Part shown: one piece after another, positions 19,466 to 28,325 of the stretch
Layout of the letters: each line of letters starts with the position of its first letter
Numbering within the stretch: position 1 is the stretch's first letter
From: Candidatus Micrarchaeota archaeon
Lineage (GTDB): Archaea; B1Sed10-29; B47-G15
DNA: 36,099 bases
Assembly (NCBI GenBank): GCA_003660975.1
Contig: QMVG01000008.1
Span: 1 to 36,099 of the forward strand
Direction of reading: 5' to 3'
Made by a program: the position numbers and the translations under genes
Notes under the pieces: generated by a model
What the model was told of the DNA's origin: nothing
Seen by the model: the letters and a program-made list of their open reading frames with translations, nothing else
The model's database searches: none

Positions 19466-20398
19466 TCACCTTGAATCAAACTTTCTTTTTTTTATTAAGA
19501 ACAATATGAAGACAGAAACTAAAATGATGAAAACAGATTTTACATTAGTCGCTGTTAATATTAATGTTAACATCAAAAAAGCATTAGCATACAAAAAACC
19601 TTCAGTATGTGTTTTTTCTAAAAGATCGAATGATTTATACTTCATTATGTTATTAATAACCAGCAACAGAGGAAGCAACATAACGAGCAAAATTGCAAAT
19701 TTTACCTCGATTAATCCAGAGCTTATTAGCATTACGAAGAGGGGATAAGGACTGAGTAGAATTATAGATGTTGCCATCTTGGCTCTGTCTAATGTTTTGA
19801 ACACTGTGGCAGTCGTTTTCAGACCAGCCAACAGATCTCCTTCAAAATCGGGCAGGTTTTTTACAGTCCCGTACGTTAAAAACCAATAACCAATTGCCAT
19901 TCCTATTACAGGAAATTCAAATATGTTCTTATTTATACTCCATGCAGCTAATAGAGGTAAAAAAACAGCTCCCGAAAAGGATATAAGGCTCATTAGGGGT
20001 TTAGTTTTGAACCTTAATGGAGGTAAAGAATAAAAAGCAGAGTCAAATACTGCTAATAAGTAAATGAGCAAAAATTGCAGCGGAAGGGGTACAGCTAATA
20101 TGAATCCGCAGATATAAAGAATTAGAGCAGCTTTTAAAACATTTTTTCTACCAATTTTCATCACTGTTTTGAACCTATTTGGTAAGTTTATCTTATCTTC
20201 TTCAATGTCAGTATATGCATTAATGATGTTCGTACTTGCTACGACACATATAAATGCAGACAAACCAAATAATTCATAGAATATATTATTACCAGAACTT
20301 AAAAACCATCCAATATAGTAGGATAAAATAATGAATATCCATGTTCTGGGTCTTCCAAGCTTTATAAGTTCCACCAACACATTTAAGCGGTTTTTCAT
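19466..20398 (-). CDS. UbiA-superfamily membrane prenyltransferase
   Basis: RP motif, NAYTDIEEDKINLPNR, YSLPPLRFK, KNLPDFEGD..G.KT. Confidence 0.88.
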   Translation of the reverse strand: MKNRLNVLVELIKLGRPRTWIFIILSYYIGWFLSSGNNIFYELFGLSAFICVVASTNIINAYTDIEEDKINLPNRFKTVMKIGRKNVLKAALILYICGFILAVPLPLQFLLIYLLAVFDSAFYSLPPLRFKTKPLMSLISFSGAVFLPLLAAWSINKNIFEFPVIGMAIGYWFLTYGTVKNLPDFEGDLLAGLKTTATVFKTLDRAKMATSIILLSPYPLFVMLISSGLIEVKFAILLVMLLPLLLVINNIMKYKSFDLLEKTHTEGFLYANAFLMLTLILTATNVKSVFIILVSVFILFLIKKRKFDSR

Positions 20399-20676
20399 TT
20401 CAACATCTCATGAATGAACCTTATCTTTTCAATTTCATGAGGCCAAATCACCACGGCCCTATCTATTTTTTTGGTATGTACCTTCTCCTCCTGTTTAAGT
20501 TTGTTAACATGGTATGAGATTCTTGCCACAACCCTTTTCTGATGTTCTCCATCTGGATTAAGGCCCAATTCTCTTGCTATGCCACTTATATTGATGGGCC
20601 AATGTTTTTCTATTACCCGATATATCTCTATTCTACCTATTTTTGATATATCCAAACTATTTCTCTTTTTTTCCAT
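20395..20676 (-). CDS. small winged-helix HTH regulator
   Basis: PINISGIARELG...ISYHVNKLKQEEKV. Confidence 0.75.
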   Translation of the reverse strand: MEKKRNSLDISKIGRIEIYRVIEKHWPINISGIARELGLNPDGEHQKRVVARISYHVNKLKQEEKVHTKKIDRAVVIWPHEIEKIRFIHEMLK

Positions 20677-20740
20677 ATAAAATTAGATAACAGAACAATA
20701 TTTATAAACTTTTGCATGGATTTGTCTAGATATATCCAAA
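20641..20740. promoter_or_regulatory. leaderless promoter of the HTH-UbiA-V4R operon with repeated quasi-palindromic operator
   Basis: TTTATAAA 20701-20708, about 25 nt before ATG 20676; GATATATCCAAA at 20645-20656 and 20729-20740. Confidence 0.5.
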
Positions 20741-20750
20741 ATTTTTTAAT

Positions 20751-21590
20751 CTATGCTAATTGATGGCCATAGGCTTTCTTCGGAGTAAACAGCTCGGTGC
20801 TTGCTTCCTCGGCCTTGTTCCAAAGCCTTATGAAGTAGTCCTCAAAGTTTCTAACAATGTCTGGATCTCTCACTACATTGACGCTGTATATCTGATTGCC
20901 TTCTGAAAGAGCAAAGCCAACTGCCTTGTTATCTATTACAGCAAACGTTGTTCCACTATTCGGCAGCATCTTAACCAACGTGTTTGGCCATGAAAGCAGG
21001 GGAAGAAATTTATTTAATTCTTCATCACTTAGTTCCAAGTTCTTTGGTATAATCAAACGAACTTCTATACCTCCTCTGAGTTTTTCATTTAATGTTCTGA
21101 CTAACTCAATACTTCTAATGCCTTTTTTGTATGTCGCAGTTCCTCCTATTATGTATACATGACTTTCTGCATCAACTATATGTCTTGCCAACTCTCTGAA
21201 AACAGGATTTTCGCCGATGATATAATAGTTCTTCTTTGTAACTCCATTTACTGATGTCTCTTTCAACAGTTTTTTCACTAAACCGATCGTCTCTTGCTTC
21301 CTATTTTCCAAGTCTCTTATCATTTCTCTGTGTTTTGATATCATCTTGTTTATGATTTCTACGATATCCATTGCTTTGTATCTTTTCGGCCTTCCAAGTG
21401 TCTGCTTCACGAAACCCATGTCATCAAGGGAGTCAAGTACAGCATAGACCTTCGTTTCTGGTATGCCCCCATATTTGGAGATGTCTTTGGCTGTTGACTC
21501 AGACCTCTCAAACAACACAGACAAGGCCTTTGCCTGGTACTCTGTAAAGCCAAAACTCTTTAGCTTTTCAACTAAATCTATATTCAACAC
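20751..21590 (-). CDS. TrmB-family regulator
   Basis: FGFTEYQAKA, GIPETKVYAVLDSL, GRPKRYKA; PLD-like effector domain. Confidence 0.9.
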   Translation of the reverse strand: MLNIDLVEKLKSFGFTEYQAKALSVLFERSESTAKDISKYGGIPETKVYAVLDSLDDMGFVKQTLGRPKRYKAMDIVEIINKMISKHREMIRDLENRKQETIGLVKKLLKETSVNGVTKKNYYIIGENPVFRELARHIVDAESHVYIIGGTATYKKGIRSIELVRTLNEKLRGGIEVRLIIPKNLELSDEELNKFLPLLSWPNTLVKMLPNSGTTFAVIDNKAVGFALSEGNQIYSVNVVRDPDIVRNFEDYFIRLWNKAEEASTELFTPKKAYGHQLA

Positions 21591-21606
21591 TCACCACCCC
21601 CACCAG

Positions 21607-21741
21607 TGATTTTAAGTAAATCAGGCGACTGAAAAAAGAAGAAAGCGGTAGCATACCTGGGAAGATTTCTTGTTGTGGCCCAGGACCATTACTTGAGGTT
21701 TTCTGAAAAAACCTCACATAGCGCATAAGTCCTTCAGCCCT
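21607..21741 (-). ncRNA. candidate structured leader/ncRNA upstream of the TrmB gene
   Basis: TATA 21763-21770; four stems visible (see finding). Confidence 0.45.
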
Positions 21742-21880
21742 TGTTAATATGTGCTAAAATTATTTATAAATCTTTCTAACTGGTTTTAACCAATAATCGA
21801 TAATTTTAACCATTGTCTAAAAAGATTTGATAAAAAAACTTTTTAAATTAATTGAGACAAAAGAGAAAATAGCAGATCTG

Positions 21881-21947
21881 CTGGGTGAGCCTTCTCCTCC
21901 TCGCAGCGAATTCGGCGAGGAGGAGCCGAATTTTCTCTTATCGTTCC
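21881..21947. repeat. 67-bp GC-rich structured repeat, copy 2
   Basis: Direct repeat of 17943-18009 with one C/T difference; offset 3938 bp. Confidence 0.95.
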
Positions 21948-21984
21948 CATTCAAACAGTTCTTTTGCTTTCTCTATAGGCATTG

Positions 21985-22563
21985 TTAAAAGAGGTTTGCG
22001 CATCTTATAATCCGCCCTTTCCCTGCTTTTTTCTGTTCCTCTTTACTACCGAAATACCCCTTATGTTTGATAAGTCTCCTCCTAATGTCCTCCTCCTTCT
22101 TTTTCATAGGACCCCACAGCGCATGTCTCATTTCACTTGGATTCTCTTCTATATATCGCTTTACTTTTCTTAAGTCAATAATCACCTCCTCCCCTGCTGC
22201 TTTAACAATTAGGAGAGGCACCACTTCTTTTCCCTCAAGGTTTTTTATGCGTGTGTTTATGATTTTGTCTAACTGTTTCTGGGTTAATCTAAGTCTGCCA
22301 TCTGTACTGTGCTTAACCTCAACAGCAACAGGAACGCCTCCAATCTCCCCGAAAAAGTCAGGACTAGAAAAAGCCACTCGCTTTAAATTATATTTCTCAA
22401 CAATTTCTCTCTCTGCCTCGTTTCCAAAGATGACAGCCTTCTTTGATCTGCTTGCTTTTGGGTCAGGCGATCTATGTCTCAAGGAGCCCTTCATCTCCAA
22501 CGGCAGTGTTTCTTGAATTTTTAGAGGCAGTTTCTTATCTGCTCCCCTCTTTCTACGCCTCAT
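21985..22563 (-). CDS. PD-(D/E)XK nuclease-like protein (possible C-terminal frameshift)
   Basis: GNEAE...SPDF...VAVEVK; start placed at ATG 22563. Confidence 0.65.
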   Translation of the reverse strand: MRRRKRGADKKLPLKIQETLPLEMKGSLRHRSPDPKASRSKKAVIFGNEAEREIVEKYNLKRVAFSSPDFFGEIGGVPVAVEVKHSTDGRLRLTQKQLDKIINTRIKNLEGKEVVPLLIVKAAGEEVIIDLRKVKRYIEENPSEMRHALWGPMKKKEEDIRRRLIKHKGYFGSKEEQKKAGKGRIIRCANLF

Positions 22564-22635
22564 AACATTATTACAATATAAACAAATAAAAACTTTCCTC
22601 AAAGCTTATTATTGAGATAATATATAACAAAACTC

Positions 22636-23562
22636 ATGCCGAGATTAGAACCCATAAAACAGATTAAGTTGTCAAAGATGTCTGTTGATGAGCTTATCAG
22701 GGCTTTTGGCAAGGCCTCGTCTATGGGAGCAGGAAGATTGGCTGAAGCCGTTGACATCTACGAAAAGATGATAAGAGATAGGGATTGCAAGATATTCTTT
22801 GGCATCGCTGGTGCAATGGTCCCAGCAGGTCTTAGGTATGTCATACACGATGTCCTTATAAATAACTGGGCAGATGTTTTTGTCTGCACTGGCGCTACTC
22901 TCACACATGACTTGATAGAGGCATTGGGCCATAAACACTATAAAGGAAGTCCTGATTTGGATGATGCTTGGCTGAACAAACTTGGCCTTGACAGGATATA
23001 TGACTCTCTCATGAGCAACAATGTTTATCCAGACCTTGAGAAGCATGTTAAAAGAACAGTAAAGAAGATTCCAGAGCAAGAGATGGGCATCTCAGAGTTT
23101 TTGAGATATTACGGAAAGTATTCTCCAAAACACAGCATACTGAGAATTGCATATGAAAAAGAGATTCCCCTCTTCTGCCCAGCTCTGCAGGATTGCGGTT
23201 TTGGCATAATGGTTCACTACGCTATAAAGCAGTTTGGTGGGCCGACGATAAACGTTTTCAAAGATTTGGATGATATATTTGACATCTCATGGGAAGCAAA
23301 GAAAAAAGGAAGTGTTGTGGTGGGAGGTGGCGTTCCGAAGAATTTTATAATGCAGTCCTTTCAATTCTCACCAAAGCCCGCTGATTACGGCATACAGTTG
23401 ACAATGGACAGGCCTGAGCCAGGAGGAAGCTCTGGGGCCCCTCCCAGAGAGGCAGTTAGTTGGGGAAAGTTTAAGCCAAAGGCAAGCTTTGTAAATGTTG
23501 TCAGCGATGCCACCATAACCTTCCCCATTATAATAGCTGCACTTAAAGAGAGGCTACTTTAA
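22636..23562 (+). CDS. dys: deoxyhypusine synthase
   Basis: AGAMVPAGLR, GGGVPKN, GGSSGA..EAVSWGK. Confidence 0.92.
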   Translation: MPRLEPIKQIKLSKMSVDELIRAFGKASSMGAGRLAEAVDIYEKMIRDRDCKIFFGIAGAMVPAGLRYVIHDVLINNWADVFVCTGATLTHDLIEALGHKHYKGSPDLDDAWLNKLGLDRIYDSLMSNNVYPDLEKHVKRTVKKIPEQEMGISEFLRYYGKYSPKHSILRIAYEKEIPLFCPALQDCGFGIMVHYAIKQFGGPTINVFKDLDDIFDISWEAKKKGSVVVGGGVPKNFIMQSFQFSPKPADYGIQLTMDRPEPGGSSGAPPREAVSWGKFKPKASFVNVVSDATITFPIIIAALKERLL

Positions 23563-24075
23563 GATGTATCCTCTCTTAACCAATTCGTCAAAAATCATTC
23601 TGAACCATGGCGTATATTTTTCGGGATATTTTTTCATGTCCTCTGCCACGAACTTTACACTTTCCCAAGAATAGCCGTCAGCTTCATTGGGGTCAGGGCA
23701 TATCCTTCCATTATACTCTCCCATGAACACATGGTCCATTTCGTGTTCTGTCAAGCCATGGTCCAGCTCTGCTCTGTACTTGAACGTGAAAAGCTCTTCC
23801 AGTTCAGCGTCAAATCCCATTTCCTCTTTTAGCCTCCTATGAGCTGCTTCTATTGTTCTCTCTCCAGGTCTCGGGTGGGTGCAGCAAGCATTGGACCAAA
23901 GGCCACCTGCATGGTATTTTGACTTTGCCCTTTTCTGCAGTAGCATATCTCCATCTTTATTAAGAATTATTATTGAAATGGCTCTATGCAAGAGAGCTTT
24001 TCTGTGCACCTCTATTTTCTCTCCAGTACCTATTTGATTGTCGTTTTCATCAACCAATATCACTATTTCAGTCAT
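23554..24075 (-). CDS. idi: type 1 isopentenyl-diphosphate isomerase
   Basis: LLHRAIS, WSNACCTHP, RRLKEEMG, EHEMDHVF, YTPWF. Confidence 0.93.
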   Translation of the reverse strand: MTEIVILVDENDNQIGTGEKIEVHRKALLHRAISIIILNKDGDMLLQKRAKSKYHAGGLWSNACCTHPRPGERTIEAAHRRLKEEMGFDAELEELFTFKYRAELDHGLTEHEMDHVFMGEYNGRICPDPNEADGYSWESVKFVAEDMKKYPEKYTPWFRMIFDELVKRGYILK

Positions 24076-24093
24076 AATCCCTCCTCCATAAAA

Positions 24094-24906
24094 TTAACGT
24101 AATCTTATCACAGTTCCTCTTTTAATTTCTCCCCTCAGTGCGTCTTTTATATTTCCCTCTTTTTCAGCATTTATTACAACAGCCTCAACATTCACTCCTT
24201 TTTTGAGAAGTTCAATTATCTCCATTACCTTCCCGAACATGCCCCCTGTAACATCAACAGCAGATGAGCCGCCAAGCATTCTTTTTATTTCATCAAAATT
24301 TTCACTGTTTATTTCAGGTATCAATCTTGCATTTGGCTCTTCTTTTGGATTAGCAGTAAAGATGCCATCAACATTTGTTCCATGTATTATCTTTCTCGCG
24401 TTTAATTTCTCAGCTAAGAAAGGCGCTATTTGGTCTCCAGACAGTATAGAGCATTTCTGCTTCCTGTCATAAGCAGGCACCCCGTATAGCACAGGGATAA
24501 GGCCAATACTGAGAAAACCTTTTATTGTTTCAACATCCATCTTAACAAGCCTGCCTGCTTCCATCACAGCGTGAGAGGATGCAAGAACAGGGATAGCAGG
24601 CAAACCTTTTTCAATTAAAACCTTCGTCACTATGGAATTCAATTCATTTTGCAGCCTTTGTGTTTCAGCAAAAGCCAGCAATTGCTCATAGTTATTTATG
24701 CCTTTATGTATCCCTGTTTTCTTGACTATCTGGTGGCCATAACTACCAGCACCGTGAATTAGGATAAGAGACATGCTATCTTTGTCATACGCCTCCGCTA
24801 TTTCCGAGGCGATCCTATGCAGGACTTCAAGATTTACCTTGGGCGTCTCGCTGTGCTTGTCTGTTATTACGCTACCCCCTATTTTGAGTATCGCTAAATT
24901 ATTCAT
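24094..24906 (-). CDS. ipk: isopentenyl phosphate kinase
   Basis: LKIGGSVITDK, HGAGSYGH, SGD, DVTGGM..K. Confidence 0.93.
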   Translation of the reverse strand: MNNLAILKIGGSVITDKHSETPKVNLEVLHRIASEIAEAYDKDSMSLILIHGAGSYGHQIVKKTGIHKGINNYEQLLAFAETQRLQNELNSIVTKVLIEKGLPAIPVLASSHAVMEAGRLVKMDVETIKGFLSIGLIPVLYGVPAYDRKQKCSILSGDQIAPFLAEKLNARKIIHGTNVDGIFTANPKEEPNARLIPEINSENFDEIKRMLGGSSAVDVTGGMFGKVMEIIELLKKGVNVEAVVINAEKEGNIKDALRGEIKRGTVIRLR

Positions 24907-25285
24907 TAACCCTCACTTCATCTCCTTTTATTTCAATATCATCATCAGTTTTTATTTTAGATATGTCTATTTTATCTAGCATTGTTATATTGGATATTAT
25001 CGCGCCAACTGCTATTATGGCCTCGCTCTCTTCACATAGAATTGCAAGAGGTGCCTTTCCATTTTTCTTCAACCTGTACATCGTATAGCTGCCAACAGTA
25101 GAGCCCTTACCTGTTGGAAAGACCAGTATTTTATTTGCCACGCTTTTTCCCTCTAATGGATGCCCTTTTTCAATAACAACGCCTGTTTCAGGGTCAATGT
25201 TCCCATAAAAACCTATCGGCTCCTTTGACACAAGCGCTTTTCCCCTTACATGACCTTCCTTTATTACCCTAGCTTTTAGTATCAT
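24899..25285 (-). CDS. phosphomevalonate dehydratase small subunit (AcnX/DUF126)
   Basis: IDPETGVV...HPL.G, GKGSTVGSY. Confidence 0.9.
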   Translation of the reverse strand: MILKARVIKEGHVRGKALVSKEPIGFYGNIDPETGVVIEKGHPLEGKSVANKILVFPTGKGSTVGSYTMYRLKKNGKAPLAILCEESEAIIAVGAIISNITMLDKIDISKIKTDDDIEIKGDEVRVNE

Positions 25286-26492
25286 ACCAAGCACCTCTAA
25301 TGGCAGCATTAATGCATTCGTCGGTGCTACCAAACTTTATCTCAAAGCCCTGATTTCTGAGATACCATAAGTACTTTCCTGAATTTACTGCTATGTGTTT
25401 AAATCCAAAGCTTTTCATTGGAGCAACAACAGCACACATATCTGACAGTATCTTGCCTCCTGCCTTCTCTATAAGCTTATCATATCCTGCTCTCTTTGCA
25501 ACCTCTTTGACAGGCTTTGAGCTTGTTATCCATATAGGAACTTTTAGCTTGCTGCCTTTTACTTTAGATGCAATGTACTTAATTTCCTCAATGCTGGCAT
25601 GAGGACAACCAAAAACCACAAGGTCCAATTCATTTCCACCACTGTTTAATTCAGCGTAAATCTCTTTTAAGTCATCTGCTGTAAATGTAAGCTCGTCATA
25701 ATCTTCTGAGAGCATCTCAGCAGCCCTTGCCTCAGCTGTTATGCCTTCAATATGATACAACGCAATGCCTCCACTGGCAGCAGCAGCTGCTCCCAGCTGT
25801 TTTAGCAAGTCATTGTCTGCCTTCTTTATGCCTGTAAAAAAAGGCACAGCGTTTTTTAGTTTGATCCCAGTCCAATATCCCAGAGCACCGAAATCAGAAA
25901 AGCTCTCTACTTCTACCTCTACATTTACTTTGTATTTGGCCTTTCTGTTCTCATCTAAGTGGTAACCATAAGCAGCTGTTTTTCCGCAGATTGCAGAGGC
26001 TAGAGCACTAGGCCCTCCCTCTCTATTTGTTCTGGCTCCTATGACTGAATTGGCAAAGCTAACAGCAGAGGACTCTCCCCATGCAATGTGGTCTCCAAAC
26101 TTTGGCACATTCCCTGCTAAATACGGCGTGCAGGTGCAGGTAGGCGTTATGCCCAAACTTTTGAATACTTCTATCACTTTGAGCTGTTTTTCAGAAAAGC
26201 CCTTATCAAAGCCAACCTCTGCCCAGTCATCAAGGTCTATGCCTGCTGGGTTGAGCGTTGTCGGAACAGTGACAGTGGCACCTGATGAAGCCCAGTCTTC
26301 AAGGAATTCAAGCCCTGCTTCACCAAGGTTTTTGTAGCTGACTCCAGAAACCTGAACGCTTGTAATCGGAAGCAGTCTCTCTGCTTCATATATCTTTGCA
26401 AGGGCAACAATAATCTCCAAAGCCCTTTGCCTTGCCTCGCCCATTTCTCCGTTTAGCATGGCTTCCTCTTCTCTCGTTAAATACAAAGTCAA
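25269..26492 (-). CDS. phosphomevalonate dehydratase large subunit (AcnX/DUF521)
   Basis: SGVSYKN, TCTCTPY, ESSAV.FANSV.GARTNREGG, GCPH. Confidence 0.92.
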   Translation of the reverse strand: MTLYLTREEEAMLNGEMGEARQRALEIIVALAKIYEAERLLPITSVQVSGVSYKNLGEAGLEFLEDWASSGATVTVPTTLNPAGIDLDDWAEVGFDKGFSEKQLKVIEVFKSLGITPTCTCTPYLAGNVPKFGDHIAWGESSAVSFANSVIGARTNREGGPSALASAICGKTAAYGYHLDENRKAKYKVNVEVEVESFSDFGALGYWTGIKLKNAVPFFTGIKKADNDLLKQLGAAAAASGGIALYHIEGITAEARAAEMLSEDYDELTFTADDLKEIYAELNSGGNELDLVVFGCPHASIEEIKYIASKVKGSKLKVPIWITSSKPVKEVAKRAGYDKLIEKAGGKILSDMCAVVAPMKSFGFKHIAVNSGKYLWYLRNQGFEIKFGSTDECINAAIRGAWYDTKS

Positions 26493-27793
26493 ATGTAATC
26501 CTCCTTCTTTACTGTTTCATAATCCGTTCTTATAAAATCCTTCTTACTCTTGTCAAACGGAATTGTGGCATCTACACCTACTTTTGTTGTGTAATGAATG
26601 TCATCTACTTCATACCTTGAGGGGTCAAGAGAAGAACCCTTTTGCTTTTCCATTATCACTAAATCTCTATGGGCCTGAAATCTTGTAGCTATGGCCCATT
26701 CAACGTCATATGGGTTGTAAATGTCAATATCCTCATCAACGACTACGCAATGCTTCATGCTTGTATGTCCTCTAAAAGCAGCCTCTATTGCCCTTTTTCC
26801 GTCATCTTCTCTTTGCTTCGCAATCTGCACTATACCATGCAGCCAGGAACAGCCTCCAGGAGATATAAGCACATTTTTGCATTTGCATACTTTTGAAACC
26901 TCCTTGTATATTGTCGGCTCTCTTGGCATGCCCATTAATATCTTGTGCTCGTTTTTGCCAGGAAGCAATGCTTGCATGTATGGCTTTTTTCTATGCGTTA
27001 TCTTTTTAATCTCTATCACTGGCTGTTTCCTTACAATATCATAGGTCCCTGTCAAATCAAGGAAAGGACCCTCGTCTGCTTCCTCATCTATTATACGACC
27101 TTCAAAGATAAACTCAGCATCAGCAGGAACTTCAACGTCAACTGTTTTGCACTTAACTAAAGGCGTTTCCTCAATAGCATTTGCCATTGAAAGCTCGTCC
27201 TCGTCTTTTGCTATGCTAGTGGCAGCTGCTATCATCACGTTTGTTGCGTTGCCCACAGCTATCGCCACATCCAGCTCTCCGCCTGCATTTTTCAGGGCAG
27301 TGTCTGTGCCTCTTCTGGGAATTATCCTCGCAACAAAGCTGTTTTTCGATATCTGCATTAACCTGTGATAGCACATATTCCTTCCGTTTTCAGGGTCATT
27401 TACTATAACAAGAGCGCAGGTAAGATACCTGCCGCCATCATTTGGCAAGTATTTCGGTATTGGCAGTGCATCCAAATCAACGTGCTTCTCAACAACTTCC
27501 TGACATGCTCCTTTTTTAAGAATTTCAGCTTCCTTTGGCTTTTCCATAGCTGATAGAATTGTCTTTAATATCTGCTCCTTTTTCACTTCTAAAGCTTCTG
27601 CTACGAGTTCACGTGATGAGTTTACATTTATAACAACAGGGATATCATAGCCTTTTACTTTTTCAAATAAAATCGCCTGCCCATCAAAGGCACTGGCAAC
27701 CTTTGCCAGCTCAATGTTGCAGTCAACCTCTCTCTTTACCTTAATCAGATCGCCCTTTGAGTCCAAATATTCCAAAAACTCCCTAAGCTTCAC
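26489..27793 (-). CDS. UbiD-family anhydromevalonate phosphate decarboxylase
   Basis: EGPFLDLTGTY, GGCSWLH, VVVDEDID..VEWAIATR, GSSLDPS; operon context; start placed at GTG 27793. Confidence 0.88.
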   Translation of the reverse strand: MKLREFLEYLDSKGDLIKVKREVDCNIELAKVASAFDGQAILFEKVKGYDIPVVINVNSSRELVAEALEVKKEQILKTILSAMEKPKEAEILKKGACQEVVEKHVDLDALPIPKYLPNDGGRYLTCALVIVNDPENGRNMCYHRLMQISKNSFVARIIPRRGTDTALKNAGGELDVAIAVGNATNVMIAAATSIAKDEDELSMANAIEETPLVKCKTVDVEVPADAEFIFEGRIIDEEADEGPFLDLTGTYDIVRKQPVIEIKKITHRKKPYMQALLPGKNEHKILMGMPREPTIYKEVSKVCKCKNVLISPGGCSWLHGIVQIAKQREDDGKRAIEAAFRGHTSMKHCVVVDEDIDIYNPYDVEWAIATRFQAHRDLVIMEKQKGSSLDPSRYEVDDIHYTTKVGVDATIPFDKSKKDFIRTDYETVKKEDYI

Positions 27794-28319
27794 TTTTCCA
27801 CCTCTTATATAAATTATTCTCAATGCCCAAGATGTCCAAGACCTTTCCGACAAAGAAATCAGTTATATCCTCAATGCTTTTTGGCTTGGTGTAGTATGCA
27901 ACATTTAGCGGGAGAACATATGCGCCTGATAATAACACTTTACGTAAATTTTCAACATACGGCAAACTGTACGGCGTTTCTCTTGGACACAGGATAAGTT
28001 TTCCCTTTGTCCTCAACACGATGTCTGCCACCCGGCCTATCAGATTGTCTGAGTAATTATTAGCTATAGAGGAAAGCGTTTTTGAACTGCAAGGACATAC
28101 TACAAGGGCATCAGGAGCATTTGAGGAAGAGGCGATGTCTGCATCTATTTCTGAGGCATTGTAGTCAAAGTCAATAATATGTCCTAATTCGTGTTTCATT
28201 ACCCTCTTTGATGCTTCTGACACTATAATAGAAAGCTCTACATTTTTTCTCAATTGTTCACTCAATCTAAGGGCCACAGGAGCGCCACTTGCGCCTGTGA
28301 TTCCCAAGATTACACGCAT
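27783..28319 (-). CDS. ubiX: flavin prenyltransferase
   Basis: GITGASG, PCSSKTL, PRETP. Confidence 0.92.
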   Translation of the reverse strand: MRVILGITGASGAPVALRLSEQLRKNVELSIIVSEASKRVMKHELGHIIDFDYNASEIDADIASSSNAPDALVVCPCSSKTLSSIANNYSDNLIGRVADIVLRTKGKLILCPRETPYSLPYVENLRKVLLSGAYVLPLNVAYYTKPKSIEDITDFFVGKVLDILGIENNLYKRWKSEA

Positions 28320-28325
28320 CCTATC

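Noticed and set aside
17943-21947. The 67-bp repeats as a CRISPR array or integron attC sites
   Set aside because: Only two copies, 3.9 kb apart; no spacers, cas genes or integrase; no RYYYAAC/GTTRRRY ends
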